DNA from: an uncultured Acidimicrobiales bacterium
GTDB taxonomy: Bacteria > Actinomycetota > Acidimicrobiia > Acidimicrobiales > JANYDT01
Assembly: GCA_963763885.1 (NCBI GenBank)
Contig: CAVXQD010000003.1
Coordinates: forward strand, 140,085 to 204,084
DNA: 64,000 nt
Reading direction: 5' to 3'
The notes under the pieces were generated by a model. That model saw only the letters and a list, made by a program, of their open reading frames with translations, was not told where the DNA came from and did no database searches. The position numbers and the translations under genes are program-made. This document shows, piece by piece, positions 45,555 to 55,480 of this stretch; the first letter of the stretch is position 1, and every line of letters starts with the position of its first letter.

Positions 45555-46949
45555 ATGACCCAGCGCACAATTGACGTCGACTACCTCATCATCGGCGGAG
45601 GGGCCGTCGGCATGGCCTTCGCCGACTCGCTTCTCACCGAGACCAGCGCCACGATGGCGATCATCGACCGGCATCATCGGCCCGGCGGGCACTGGAACGA
45701 CGCCTACCCGTTCGTCCGTCTCCACCAGCCGGCCGGGAACTACGGGGTGAACTCACGTCCGCTCGGAACAGGGGCCAAGGACGAGGTCGGCCACAACAAG
45801 GGCATGTACGAGCTGGCCTCTGGCCAGGAGGTACTCAGCCACTTCGACCTTGTGATGCAGCAGCGTTTCTTGGCCTCCGGCCGCGTTCACTGGTTCCCGA
45901 TGAGCAACGCCACCGACGATGGCGTTGTGACCTCGTTGCTCTCCGGAGACACCACAATAATCGGCGCGCGTACGATCGTGGATGCAACGCACTCGAAGAT
46001 GAACGTCCCGTCGACGCACACGCCGGGGTTCATGGTTTCGCCGGACGTCGCGTTCATCCCTCCGAACGGGCTGCCCCGCGTCGCACACGCCCACCCCGCC
46101 TACGTCGTGATTGGAGCGGGCAAGACCGCCATGGACACGATCATCTGGCTGCTCGACAATGGCGCCGATCCCGGCTCGATCCGCTGGATTATGCCCCGTG
46201 ATTCCTGGCTGCTGCGCCGGGGGAACTTCCAGCCCAGCCGCGAGTTTTTCCCCGACGCGGTGCGCAGCCTCGCCGGTCAGGTCGAGGCAGTCGAGGGCGC
46301 CGCTTCGATCGACGAGGTGTTCGAGCGACTGGAGGTATCGGGCGAACTGGCCAGGATCGACCCGAGTATTCGACCAGAGGCCTACCACTGCGCCGTGATC
46401 AGCGACGGCGAACTCGAGCAGCTGCGACGCGTCGCGGGCATCGTCCGCATGGGCCGGGTGCGCGCCATCGAGGACGACCGCATCGTGCTCGAAGGCGGCG
46501 AGATTCCAACGGGTCCGGGCGTCCTGCACATCGACTGCTCTGCTGCGGGCATCCCGACCCTGGCGTCGAAGCCGGTGTTCGAAGGGAACCGCATCACGCT
46601 GCAGTGGATCCGGATCTGTCAGCCGACGTTCAGCGCTGCGCTTATTGGAGTCGTGGAGGCCTCGGTCGCGGACGAGTCCGAGAAGAACCGGATCTGTTCA
46701 CCGATCGTTCCTCCCACCGCCCCGCGCGACTGGCTAGCCATGCTGGTGGTGGAGCTGGCCAACCGTCAGCTCTGGCCCACGATCCCGGCCGTCGCCTCGT
46801 TCCTTGCGACATCTCGACTCTCGGGCGGCTTCCATCAGCACCTCGCGTCGCTCACACCTGAAGACACCGAGATCTGGGCGGATCTGCGTCGCTACCTGGC
46901 AGCCGTCGGCCCGGCTGCCGCCAACGCACGCCGGCTGCTCGAGGCTTGA
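45555..46949 (+). CDS. FAD/NAD(P)-binding oxidoreductase
   Basis: N-terminal dinucleotide fold DYLIIGGGAVGMAFADSL and a second VVIGAGKTAMDTIIWL. Confidence 0.75.
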   Translation: MTQRTIDVDYLIIGGGAVGMAFADSLLTETSATMAIIDRHHRPGGHWNDAYPFVRLHQPAGNYGVNSRPLGTGAKDEVGHNKGMYELASGQEVLSHFDLVMQQRFLASGRVHWFPMSNATDDGVVTSLLSGDTTIIGARTIVDATHSKMNVPSTHTPGFMVSPDVAFIPPNGLPRVAHAHPAYVVIGAGKTAMDTIIWLLDNGADPGSIRWIMPRDSWLLRRGNFQPSREFFPDAVRSLAGQVEAVEGAASIDEVFERLEVSGELARIDPSIRPEAYHCAVISDGELEQLRRVAGIVRMGRVRAIEDDRIVLEGGEIPTGPGVLHIDCSAAGIPTLASKPVFEGNRITLQWIRICQPTFSAALIGVVEASVADESEKNRICSPIVPPTAPRDWLAMLVVELANRQLWPTIPAVASFLATSRLSGGFHQHLASLTPEDTEIWADLRRYLAAVGPAAANARRLLEA

Positions 46950-47289
46950 CCTCCGCTGACCCACCACACAAAGATGGTGATGACACATATCGGCGTGCCG
47001 GCCGATTCGCCTGGTGGCCAAGGTTTGGCAATGGGAATCTCGAAGCTCGAGCACGCGTGGCCGACCAACCCCGATGACCTTCCTGACTCGGAAGTCACCA
47101 CCCAGTCGGGGCCTAGTCCTTCGGTGAAAGTGGGCTGAGAACTCTGAGCGCGGGCTGTGGATTCCTGAGCCAATCGCAACGTCCTAGCTGGCGGAAAATC
47201 ACGATCTCCAAGCGATGTTTCCATCGGCGCACGTACCGGAACCGTGACCGGTTTGCCGAAGAACGGCGTTGTTGGTTGTCTCCAAGAAG

Positions 47290-47622
47290 CTAGGCCTTCT
47301 TGACAAACTCGGCTTTGATCAGGATTCCTCGGCCATTGACCTTTCCGTCAATCGGGTGATCACCGGGGACCAGGCGAATACCGCGCACCTTTGTCCCGAT
47401 TTTCACGCCGCCAGACTTGCCGTCCAGCTTCAGATCCTTGATCACCGTCACGTCGTCACCGTTGGCCAGCAAGACACCGTTGGCATCACGCACGTCGTCG
47501 AGCCCGTCGCTTAACGCACCCAACCACTCGTGTCCGCACGTGTCGCACTCGAACCCGTCGACTGTTTCAAGCGGGTTTGGCATTGTGCAGATCGGACACA
47601 CATTCTCTTGCTCTTCAGGCAT
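47290..47622 (-). CDS. phnA: PhnA/YjdM zinc-ribbon protein
   Basis: 110 aa; CPICTMPN...CDTCGHEW then ...VRDANGVLLANGDDVTVIKDLKLDGKSGGVKIGTKVRGIRL. Confidence 0.9.
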   Translation of the reverse strand: MPEEQENVCPICTMPNPLETVDGFECDTCGHEWLGALSDGLDDVRDANGVLLANGDDVTVIKDLKLDGKSGGVKIGTKVRGIRLVPGDHPIDGKVNGRGILIKAEFVKKA

Positions 47623-47715
47623 GGATCTGGTCTACCGCAGTTCCTAGTACCTGAACGAAGGGCTCAAGGTCTCCTTGATGCATGCGCGAATGCCGTACCG
47701 GAGGGAACCGTTTTG

Positions 47716-48156
47716 TTACTCCGCTGGTTCGAGGGTCAGTGACACAGAGTTGATGCACCAGCGCTCATCGGTCGGTACCGGAAAACCCTCACCCCGGAAC
47801 ACGTGTCCGAGGTGCGAACCACAAGCAGCGCACCGCGCCTCAACTCTGGGGTAGCCGAGCAGGTTGTCCTCCAAAAGCACAACTGAGTCGTCGCTGGTGG
47901 GCTCATAGAACGAAGGCCACCCGCAGCCAGAATGAAACTTGGCGTCGCTGCGGAACAGTTCGGCGCTGCATGCCTTGCAGCGATACACGCCGGTGGACTT
48001 CGTGTCGGTGTACTCGCCGGTGCCCGCCCGTTCGGTGCCGGCATGCCGGAGGACCTCATAGGACAAACGGTTAAGCCGCGACCGGAGTTCAGCGTCGTCA
48101 AGCTGCACCGGGTATGGGGTTCCATCGGGACGGACGCTGCTGATCTCTCCACTCAT
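47716..48156 (-). CDS. msrB: peptide-methionine (R)-S-oxide reductase
   Basis: YRCKACSAELFRSDAKFHSGCGWPSFYEP...CAACGSHLGHVFRGEGFP. Confidence 0.93.
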   Translation of the reverse strand: MSGEISSVRPDGTPYPVQLDDAELRSRLNRLSYEVLRHAGTERAGTGEYTDTKSTGVYRCKACSAELFRSDAKFHSGCGWPSFYEPTSDDSVVLLEDNLLGYPRVEARCAACGSHLGHVFRGEGFPVPTDERWCINSVSLTLEPAE

Positions 48157-48495
48157 GGAACCAAGGTACCTCCAGACAGCCGCTCGGTGAACCCGTGCCT
48201 GAACGCGTACCTAGAACGTTGATCCCTCGCTTCCAGCGCTGCGTTACAAGCGGGGCTGCGGTTTGGCCGGAGCGTCAGCGCTGGTGGTCCCGATTCAGAA
48301 GACGTCGGCCAGGTCTGACCGTGTCGGAAACAAGCGGGTCTGCCGGGACCATGGCTCCCGTGTTTTACGGGTGTCTGGGTCTTGTTGTGGTTGCAGCGTG
48401 TTGTGGCTGGTCACAGGGTTGTTTGTGGGGGAGATGGGGTGATCACTGGTTGTGATCACGAACACCAGTTCGATCAGTCGGTGTATACTTTCTGT

Positions 48496-49704
48496 ATGGA
48501 CGCGGCGTTGGTGGACATCACGGAAGGGTTGGGTGAGGGGTTCGCCCGGTTGATGTTGTACGTGTCTGAACATGTTCTGTGTGCTGATGATGTGGTTGCT
48601 GTTCGACGGCTTGTTGATACTGCGGAGTTGGTGTGTACGCGTACGGTCGCGAAGTTTGCGAAGGAGGCTGAGTTTCGTGAGTTGGGGTTCCGCGATATTG
48701 GTTCGTGGATGGCTGCGAAGACTGGTTCGCGTCGCACGGAGGGTCATGCTCGGTGTGAGCAGGCGAAGTTGTTGGAGGATTTGCCTGAGGTTGCTGCTGC
48801 GGTGTTGGCTGGGACGTTCAGTGCTGCGCATCTCAGGTGCTTGTCGGCGAGCGTGTCCAGGAAGCGTCTCCCGTTGGCGCAGCGTGATCAGCATGTGTTT
48901 GTGAACGCAGCGGTGTGGTTGGACGCGTCACTGTTTTCACAGTTGGTCCAGCGTTGGGTTGCTCTTGCGGATGACGAGTTGTGTGATCCCAGCCAGCCTG
49001 GGAAGGAGGACGGCCAGTTCGATGCGCGCCGGTTGCAGTTGACGTTGATGTTGGATGGGATGTGGCGGCTGAATGGCGTGTTTGACCCGGTCGCGGGTGA
49101 AGCCATCCAGGCGGTCCTTGCGGCTGTCACCCCGGCACCGTCCAAAGACGATCCGCGGACGCCAGCCCAACGTCGTGCTGACGGGTTCATTGAGTGGTGC
49201 AATTCGTTCCTTGCAGAGCAGGACCGTGTGCATCTGGGGAACGAACGCCCCAATGTGAACGTGGTGTTCCACACGGCGGACGGTTCCGCGCATACCACCG
49301 GCGGCCATTTCCTGCGGAATTGGCAGTTGGGTCAGGTGATGTGCGACGCAACGTTCACCGCTGTGGCTGCGACGTTGACAGGCCGACCCTTCGATGTGGG
49401 CACCCCGTTACGGGCGATCCCGGCAAGGAACCGCAAAGCAGTTGTCGTGAGGGACCGGTGTTGCCGGTTCCCGCATTGTGGCCGGCCGGCGAGGTGGTGT
49501 GAGATCCACCACATCCTGGAACGTGAGAACGGTGGAGCCCATGAGCTTCCAAATCTTGTTCTTCTGTGTGCTTATCATCACCGTGAAGTCCACCGGCAAG
49601 GCATCAAACTCGCCTGGGACGGCCCCACGCTGACAGCCCGGCTGCCCAACGGCACCCTGTTACACGGCCCCCCACACCCCACCACAAAACCAACGTTGCT
49701 CTAA
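48496..49704 (+). CDS. DUF222 / HNH endonuclease family protein (13E12-type)
   Basis: C-terminal HNH: RDRCCRFPHCGRPARWCEIHHILERENGGAHELPNLVLLCAYHHREVH. Start set at ATG 48496. Confidence 0.85.
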   Translation: MDAALVDITEGLGEGFARLMLYVSEHVLCADDVVAVRRLVDTAELVCTRTVAKFAKEAEFRELGFRDIGSWMAAKTGSRRTEGHARCEQAKLLEDLPEVAAAVLAGTFSAAHLRCLSASVSRKRLPLAQRDQHVFVNAAVWLDASLFSQLVQRWVALADDELCDPSQPGKEDGQFDARRLQLTLMLDGMWRLNGVFDPVAGEAIQAVLAAVTPAPSKDDPRTPAQRRADGFIEWCNSFLAEQDRVHLGNERPNVNVVFHTADGSAHTTGGHFLRNWQLGQVMCDATFTAVAATLTGRPFDVGTPLRAIPARNRKAVVVRDRCCRFPHCGRPARWCEIHHILERENGGAHELPNLVLLCAYHHREVHRQGIKLAWDGPTLTARLPNGTLLHGPPHPTTKPTLL

Positions 49705-49833
49705 CCCAAACTCATCGTCCCAGGGCGCCGGAGTATCGGCGCCCTGGCGAAGCCGCGTCCAACCAGCGGAGTGGGTGGGGGGTGACCCGAAGGGAGGGAC
49801 CCGACGAGCTTGCGAGGCGGGAGGGTACCCGGA

Positions 49834-49901
49834 GGAGGCAGGACCCGCCACCCACGCAGCGGACCGGCCGGTGGAGGCAGGACCCGCCATCCACGCAGCG
49901 G
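49834..49901 (+). repeat. two direct 29-bp repeats (39-bp period), intergenic
   Basis: ggaggcaggacccgcca[c/t]ccacgcagcgg at 49834-49862 and 49873-49901. Confidence 0.85.
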
Positions 49902-50017
49902 GACTGTGGCTGGGCCATCGAAAGGGATCCGTCGCTGATTTGGCGGCGGGTGGTGCGTGGTGGGAAGACTTCCTTGCCGGTCGCTACGGACCGGCCGCAT
50001 GCCCAAGGTGGTTACCC

Positions 50018-50788
50018 ATGAAGATCGATTCGTTGTTCTCTGTCGCTGGGAAGGTCGTCGTGGTGACCGGCGGGTCACGCGGCATCGGCGAGATGATCGC
50101 TGCTGGTTTCGTTGCGAACGGAGCGAAGGTCTACATCAGTTCCCGCAAGGCCGCTGGGTGCGACGCCACTGCGGCCCGACTGGCAGAGACCTACGGCGGC
50201 ACGTGCATCTCCGTCCCCTCCGACCTGTCCACGATGGATGGCATCGACGCATTGGCTGCAGCGCTGCGTGAACGCGAAGAAGGAATTGACGTCCTCGTCA
50301 ACAACGCCGGTGTTTCATGGGGTGCCCCCTTGGAGTCGTTTCCCGAGGCCGGTTGGGACAAGGTGATGGACACAAACGTGAAGGGTGTGTTCTTCCTCAC
50401 TCAGCGCTTGCTGCCCATGCTTGAAGCCCGAGCAACTGCCGAAAATCCTGCTCGGGTCGTCAACATTGGGTCGATCGACGGGATCAAGAGCCTGCGTTCG
50501 CACGTTCTCTATGGCCCATCCAAAGCGCGCTGCACCGTTGACCGGACGTGCGCCACTGCGGCGAAACGTCTTGTGAATGCGATCGCGCCGGGGCCATTCC
50601 GACTGGATGCTGAGCACCGGAGTTGGTGGTGGCGGCGATGTGAGAACACGATTGGAACGCCGTCGCCAAAGGCAACCCACGCGGCCGGGTTGGCACACCT
50701 GAAGATATCGCCGGGCTGGCGATCTTCCTCAGCTCACGCGGGGGCACGGGGGAAGATCACTGCGGTCGGCGGCATCTTGGTGAGCTGA
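50018..50788 (+). pseudogene. short-chain dehydrogenase/reductase, decayed 3' half (multiple frameshifts/deletion)
   Basis: Intact N-terminal part: KVVVVTGGSRGIGEMIA...NNAG...YGPSKA. After ~50525 the family pattern is lost. PLGRVGTPEDIAGLAIFLSSRGG reappears in another frame (~50660-50745). Confidence 0.7.
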
Positions 50789-50822
50789 TAAGTGTGGGCG
50801 AGAAGTGTTAGTGCCGAAAAGT

Positions 50823-52017
50823 TCAGCCTGCGTGAGTGGCTACTCGTCTTTCAGCCGTCAGTCGGCCGGCGCGGCTGCGCAGCGGCAGTTCTGGCATCGC
50901 GAGTGCCCAGCCGATGCCGATCAGCTGCACAGCGCCGATAACAGCTGAATGCGGCCACCCAGCGAGATCGAATCCACACGGCTTGCGTAGGTTTGCAGGC
51001 AGGGCAGCGATCTTGTCCGGTTCTCGGATCACGCGACGCCTTCGTCGGCCGACAGCCCTGTGCGAGACGGGATCTCGGCCGGCCGTCTTGTTGAGTACGG
51101 TGCCCGAATGGCCAACATGATCGATCCACCCAATGTTCGGAGAACATGATTGTTGCCGTTGCCACACCCATGTCTCGTCTCGCGGCGTTCGGGTGCGATC
51201 GACGTCGTGGTGTAGACGGACCCGTCCGAGTCCCTGAGCGCGCCGGGGACGACAGATACGTCATCGTTGACACGAGGGCGCCACGACAGGCACGGTTGCC
51301 TGATCGACCAGCACGGGACCGCTTGTAACCCGCGGCTGAGATCCCGCCCCGCAGCGGTGGAGCCGCGACGACACCGACCCAGCGGCTGGTTCGGGCCCTG
51401 CTCTGTGGCGGCCGCAGTGCGCCCTGAGCCGGCCTGTAGTTCGACCGCCCCACGACACCGCCCGGCCCCGCGCCGAGCCCGCGCCGTCGCCACCCGGCCG
51501 GACAGCCGCGCGGCCTGCGCCGCCCGCCCCCTGGACCCACAGCGTCAGCCCCGAGGCGCGCCTCAGCCCAATGACCGGGTGTTGGTGAGGCTTGTCCGCC
51601 CCTCCCAGGCCGATCATCAGCGACGCAAGCCCGACGACAGCAGGAACGCTCCCATGAGATCCAGCTTCGCCTGTCGGCGAGCAAACGGAAGCTAGGACGT
51701 TGCAGAAGAACATCATCACGCGCAGAGGGGTACGTTGATGAAAAGACCACGGCCACGACCACCGTCGATGATGAACGCACAAGGGAAAGAGGGGGAAGGG
51801 GCACCCGGGGTGGAAGGACGTCGCCGACGATCGCAAACGCGAGCGCCTGGATGGCTCCTCCTCCGATTCCTTGCACGGCCCGAGCTGCGATGAGCTGGCC
51901 AATCGTCTGAGCAAGTCCACACAGCAGCGACGCAACCGCGAAGGTGCCCATCGCAATCTGGAAGATGGTGCGTCGACCGTAGAGGTCGGACAGCTTGCCG
52001 AGCAGGGGAGTGGGTGT
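50823..52017 (-). pseudogene. MFS (DHA2/EmrB-like) transporter, 5'-truncated and multiply frameshifted
   Basis: TPLLGKLSDLYGRRTIFQIAMGTFAVASLLCGLAQTIGQLIAARAVQGIGGGA in one frame. FIIDGG..LFINVPL, GSVPAVVGLASLMIGLGG and AVIGAVQLIGIGWALA lie in other frames. An in-frame TAG at 52018-52020 cuts off the N-terminus, 24 nt from the stop of the upstream gene (52045-52047). Confidence 0.6.
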
Positions 52018-52044
52018 CTAGTGGTTTCACCCCTGTTGCCGGCG

Positions 52045-53172
52045 TCACTGCATCATCGAACGCACGCGCTCGTTGGCTTCGATGAACTCCTCGACCATGT
52101 CCATCACCACTCGAGCTGCAGGCTTCACCTCGTTCATTGAGCCAACGATCTGACCCACGAAATAGTTGGCAAGCTTCGCGGAGCCGGAGGTGGAATCGTG
52201 AGCGCCTCGGTCGATGCGCCTGGTGGCTGCTGCGGTAAGGATCGGCTGCAGTGGCATCGGAAGCGGACCCGGCGATTCGGGGCTGTCCCACGCATCGGTC
52301 CAGTCCGATCGCAGCTGACGCGCTGGCTTGCCCGTGCGACTGCGGGACCGAAGCGTGTCCGAAGATGTCGCCTTCAGGAACTTCTGCTTTACGGTCGGAT
52401 GTGTCTCGGCCTCTTCGGTGGTGAGCCACACCGAGCCACACCACACTCCATCGGCGCCGAGGGCAAGCGCTGCTGCCATCTGCCGACCTCCACCGATACC
52501 ACCGGCGGCAAGCACCGGCACTGGCGCAACGGCGTCGACCACCTCTGGGATCAACACCATGGTGGCGATGTCCCCCGTATGGCCCCCTGCTTCGTATCCC
52601 TGCGCAATGATCAGGTCGACTCCAGCGGCAACGTGGCGAACTGCGTGGGCCGGTTTGCCGGCGAGCGCGCCAACTTTGATCCCGGCGCTGTGAGCGCGCT
52701 CCAACATGTCAGGAGGAGGGCTCCCGAGTGCATTCACGATGAGCGCGATCGGATGGGAGAACGCAATGTCCATCATCCGCGCTGCCGATGAATAACTCAT
52801 CGGGGGAGCGTTTTCGCTGCTGCGACGACGAGGCTCTTCCAGCGGAGGTGGGACGTCGTACCGCTGCAAGAGATTCTCGAGGAAGTCACGATGCGCCTGA
52901 GGGATGCGATCGTTCAATTCGGCAACCGTGAGCTCGCCTTCTGCCTTGCCTTCGTACTTCGCCGGCACGATCACATCGACGCCAAAGGGCTTGTCGCCAA
53001 CTTGCTCTTTGATCCATGCAAGGTCGATGTCGAACTGTTCCGGCGTCAGGGCCTCGGCACCCAAGATGCCCATCCCTCCAGCCTTCGTGACTGCCGCAAC
53101 CACGTCGCGGCAATGCGAGAAGGCGAGGATTGGGAACTCGATGCCGAACATCTGGCAGATGCGATTTTCCAT
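52045..53172 (-). CDS. nitronate monooxygenase (NMO / 2-nitropropane dioxygenase family)
   Basis: 375 aa; MFGIEFPILAFSHCRDVVAAVTKAGGMGILGA...AQGYEAGGHTG...VLAAGGIGGGRQMAAALALGADGVW. Confidence 0.9.
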   Translation of the reverse strand: MENRICQMFGIEFPILAFSHCRDVVAAVTKAGGMGILGAEALTPEQFDIDLAWIKEQVGDKPFGVDVIVPAKYEGKAEGELTVAELNDRIPQAHRDFLENLLQRYDVPPPLEEPRRRSSENAPPMSYSSAARMMDIAFSHPIALIVNALGSPPPDMLERAHSAGIKVGALAGKPAHAVRHVAAGVDLIIAQGYEAGGHTGDIATMVLIPEVVDAVAPVPVLAAGGIGGGRQMAAALALGADGVWCGSVWLTTEEAETHPTVKQKFLKATSSDTLRSRSRTGKPARQLRSDWTDAWDSPESPGPLPMPLQPILTAAATRRIDRGAHDSTSGSAKLANYFVGQIVGSMNEVKPAARVVMDMVEEFIEANERVRSMMQ

Positions 53173-53213
53173 GCCACATCCTCGTCGTTATCGACTTGAC
53201 GAAGCGAACCGCC

Positions 53214-53307
53214 GGAGGGGGAGGGGGGGGGGGGTGGGGGGAGTGGGGGGTGGTGGGAGGAGGGGGGTGTGATGAGAGTGAGGAGTAAGTAGTGGGAGAT
53301 GAATGGG
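53214..53307 (+). repeat. C-free, G-rich tract with a G12 homopolymer (G-quadruplex-capable)
   Basis: ggagggggagggggggggggggtggggggagtggggggtggtgggaggaggggggtgtgatgagagtgaggagtaagtagtgggagatgaatggg. No C occurs on the + strand over ~94 nt. The G12 run is at 53223-53234. The tract begins 42 nt upstream of the NMO start codon. Confidence 0.9.
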
Positions 53308-53714
53308 CACGTGTCATGTTCAAGCGCTCGATCCAGTGACCACGACGACACAGGGGCATCGAACTGGCGGAAGCCTCGCTTACCAGTCTGGCGGCGCTTG
53401 TGTCCGAGCGATGCCATGGCTTCGATAGCTGCACGGCGATCTGGACCTGGCGGTCGCGGTGCACACCTTGGTAGCCGTGTCGCTCATCTTGATCCGCGGT
53501 CGACGGTGCGCCGGCCAGCATCCGCTCAGTGTTGCCTTTGCGGATCATCTCGAGCGGTTCACCGGTGATGGCGTGAAAGTGCCACGGTTGTGTGTTCATC
53601 GAAGACGGCGCCGGCTGGCGAGGTCGATGATCTCGTTGATGAGTTCCTTTGGAACGGGGTCGGGTTGTAACCACGGATGCTGCGACGTTCGTGAACCAAT
53701 GAGGCGTAATCCAT
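53270..53714 (-). pseudogene. nitroreductase family gene, 5' fragment with at least two frameshifts, truncated at the G/C tract
   Basis: MDYASLVHERRSIRGYNPTP (frame a), PVPKELINEIIDLAS (frame b), APSSMNTQPWHFHAITGEPLEMIRKGN (frame c), then ..GFRQFDAPVSSWSLDR.. before the C-rich tract. Confidence 0.65.
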
Positions 53715-53778
53715 CCGGCTCACCGTAACGAGTAGTGCAGGAGCGGCACAACAACGACTGACCGGCGTCGGCAAAGGA

Positions 53779-55401
53779 GTGGAGGAGAACGGGATCTGGC
53801 CGCCGCTGTCGGGCAGAATCCTCACCGTGACCCATGTCTGGCAGCCCGAGATCGATGAACTGGCCCACCGCAAAGCGCTCGCCGCGCAGATGGGCGGCAA
53901 GGAGCGCGTCGAGAGGCAAAAGGCGGCCGGCAAGCTCACGGTGCGGGAGCGCTTCGAGCGATTCTGTGATCCGGGGACCTTCGCCGAAGTCGGAGCGACC
54001 TCGGGCGTTGGTGTGTACGACGATGAGGGCAACCTCGTGTCGTTCACGCCCTCCAACTTGATTGCTGGCGTCGCCGAGGTCGACGGACGACCTGTGGTGG
54101 TGTCTGGTGATGACTTCACGGTGCGGGGCGGATCCAACGAAGCGACCATCGCGGCCAAGCGCGACTTTGCGGAACAGATTGCGATCGAGCTTGAAATTCC
54201 CCACGTCCGTCTCGTCGACGGCATGGCAGGAGGAGGGTCGGTCAAGTCGATCGAGATAAAGGGCCGCACGCTGATCCCAGTCCTTCCCGGTTACGAGATT
54301 GTGTTCAACCACCTTGCGGTTGCTCCGTCGGTGGCGCTTGCGCTCGGGTCTGTTGCTGGGATGGGTGCGGCTCGGGTTGCAACGAGCCACTATTCGGTGA
54401 TCGTAGAGGGGACCGCACAGATGATGATTGCTGGCCCTGCGCTTGTTGACCAGGCATCGCTCGGCGATGTGACGAAGGAAGAGCTTGGCCACGCTCGCAT
54501 TCACACCTCCAACGGTGCAATCGACGATGTAGCAAAGACCGAAGAAGAGGCGTTCGCTCTGGCCCGCCGATTCCTCAGCTTCTTGCCCAGCAACGTCAAC
54601 GAGCTACCGCCCCGCACCGAACCGACCGATGATCCTCTTCGCCGCGACGATGCGCTTGCCTCTGTGGTGCCACGCGACGCCCGCAAGGTCTACAAAATGC
54701 GCCCGGTCATCAACTCGATCGTCGATCAAGCCGACGGTGCGAGCACGTTCTTCGAGATGGGCCGAGGCTGGGGCAAATCGGTCATCACAGGGTTTGCGCG
54801 GTTGGACGGTTGGCCCGTTGCAATCTTCGCTGAAGATCCGTATGTGTACGGAGGAGCTTGGACGGCTGATGCATCGCGCAAGGTGACACGCTTCGCAGAC
54901 CTTGCCTCTACGTTCCATCTGCCGCTCATTCACTTGGAGGATTGCCCCGGCTTCCTCATAGGAAAACAGTCAGAAGAAACCGCAACGATTCGTTTCGGGG
55001 CAACGGCGTTCGCTGCGCTCGGCCAGTCCACAAGCCCGTTCTGTTGCGTCGTGCTGCGCAAAGCATTTGGCGTCGCCGGTGCCTCGAACAAGATCCCTGG
55101 CAAGACCCACTTCCGGTATGCCTGGCCGTCAGGTGACTGGGGTTCGTTGCCAATCGAAGGTGGCTTGGAAGTTGCCTATCGCCAAGAGCTTGCCGGGCTC
55201 GAAGGCGGCACGTTGGCTGCCGAGATAGACAAGATCAAGACCCGGCTCAACCGGTTCCGCACCCCGTTCCGAACGGCGGAGCCTTTCGAGATCGACGACG
55301 TAATAGACCCCCGTGACACCCGTGCATTGCTGTGTCGTTGGGCGAACCTCGTGGCCCCTGCGCGCAAGCCCGGCAAGATGTCCTGGACCTTCCGGCCCTA
55401 G
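53779..55401 (+). CDS. acyl-CoA carboxylase carboxyltransferase (beta) subunit
   Basis: 540 aa; ...RQKAAGKLTVRERFERFCDPGTFAEVG...VVSGDDFTVRGGS...DCPGFLIGKQSE.... Start uncertain (GTG 53779 or 53827). Confidence 0.9.
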   Translation: MEENGIWPPLSGRILTVTHVWQPEIDELAHRKALAAQMGGKERVERQKAAGKLTVRERFERFCDPGTFAEVGATSGVGVYDDEGNLVSFTPSNLIAGVAEVDGRPVVVSGDDFTVRGGSNEATIAAKRDFAEQIAIELEIPHVRLVDGMAGGGSVKSIEIKGRTLIPVLPGYEIVFNHLAVAPSVALALGSVAGMGAARVATSHYSVIVEGTAQMMIAGPALVDQASLGDVTKEELGHARIHTSNGAIDDVAKTEEEAFALARRFLSFLPSNVNELPPRTEPTDDPLRRDDALASVVPRDARKVYKMRPVINSIVDQADGASTFFEMGRGWGKSVITGFARLDGWPVAIFAEDPYVYGGAWTADASRKVTRFADLASTFHLPLIHLEDCPGFLIGKQSEETATIRFGATAFAALGQSTSPFCCVVLRKAFGVAGASNKIPGKTHFRYAWPSGDWGSLPIEGGLEVAYRQELAGLEGGTLAAEIDKIKTRLNRFRTPFRTAEPFEIDDVIDPRDTRALLCRWANLVAPARKPGKMSWTFRP

Positions 55402-55480
55402 CTGCTTGGACGCAACCGCCTTCTCAGGCGTATGTTCGGGCTAGGTGGCGGTTGTGCCACACCCGAAACGGAGCCCCGAT

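Noticed and set aside
46970-47160. Small plus-strand ORF (MTHIGVPADSPGG...SVKVG*) in the 340-bp spacer before phnA
   Set aside because: It is about 52 codons with only a vague VOC-like start. There is no RBS and no supporting motif.
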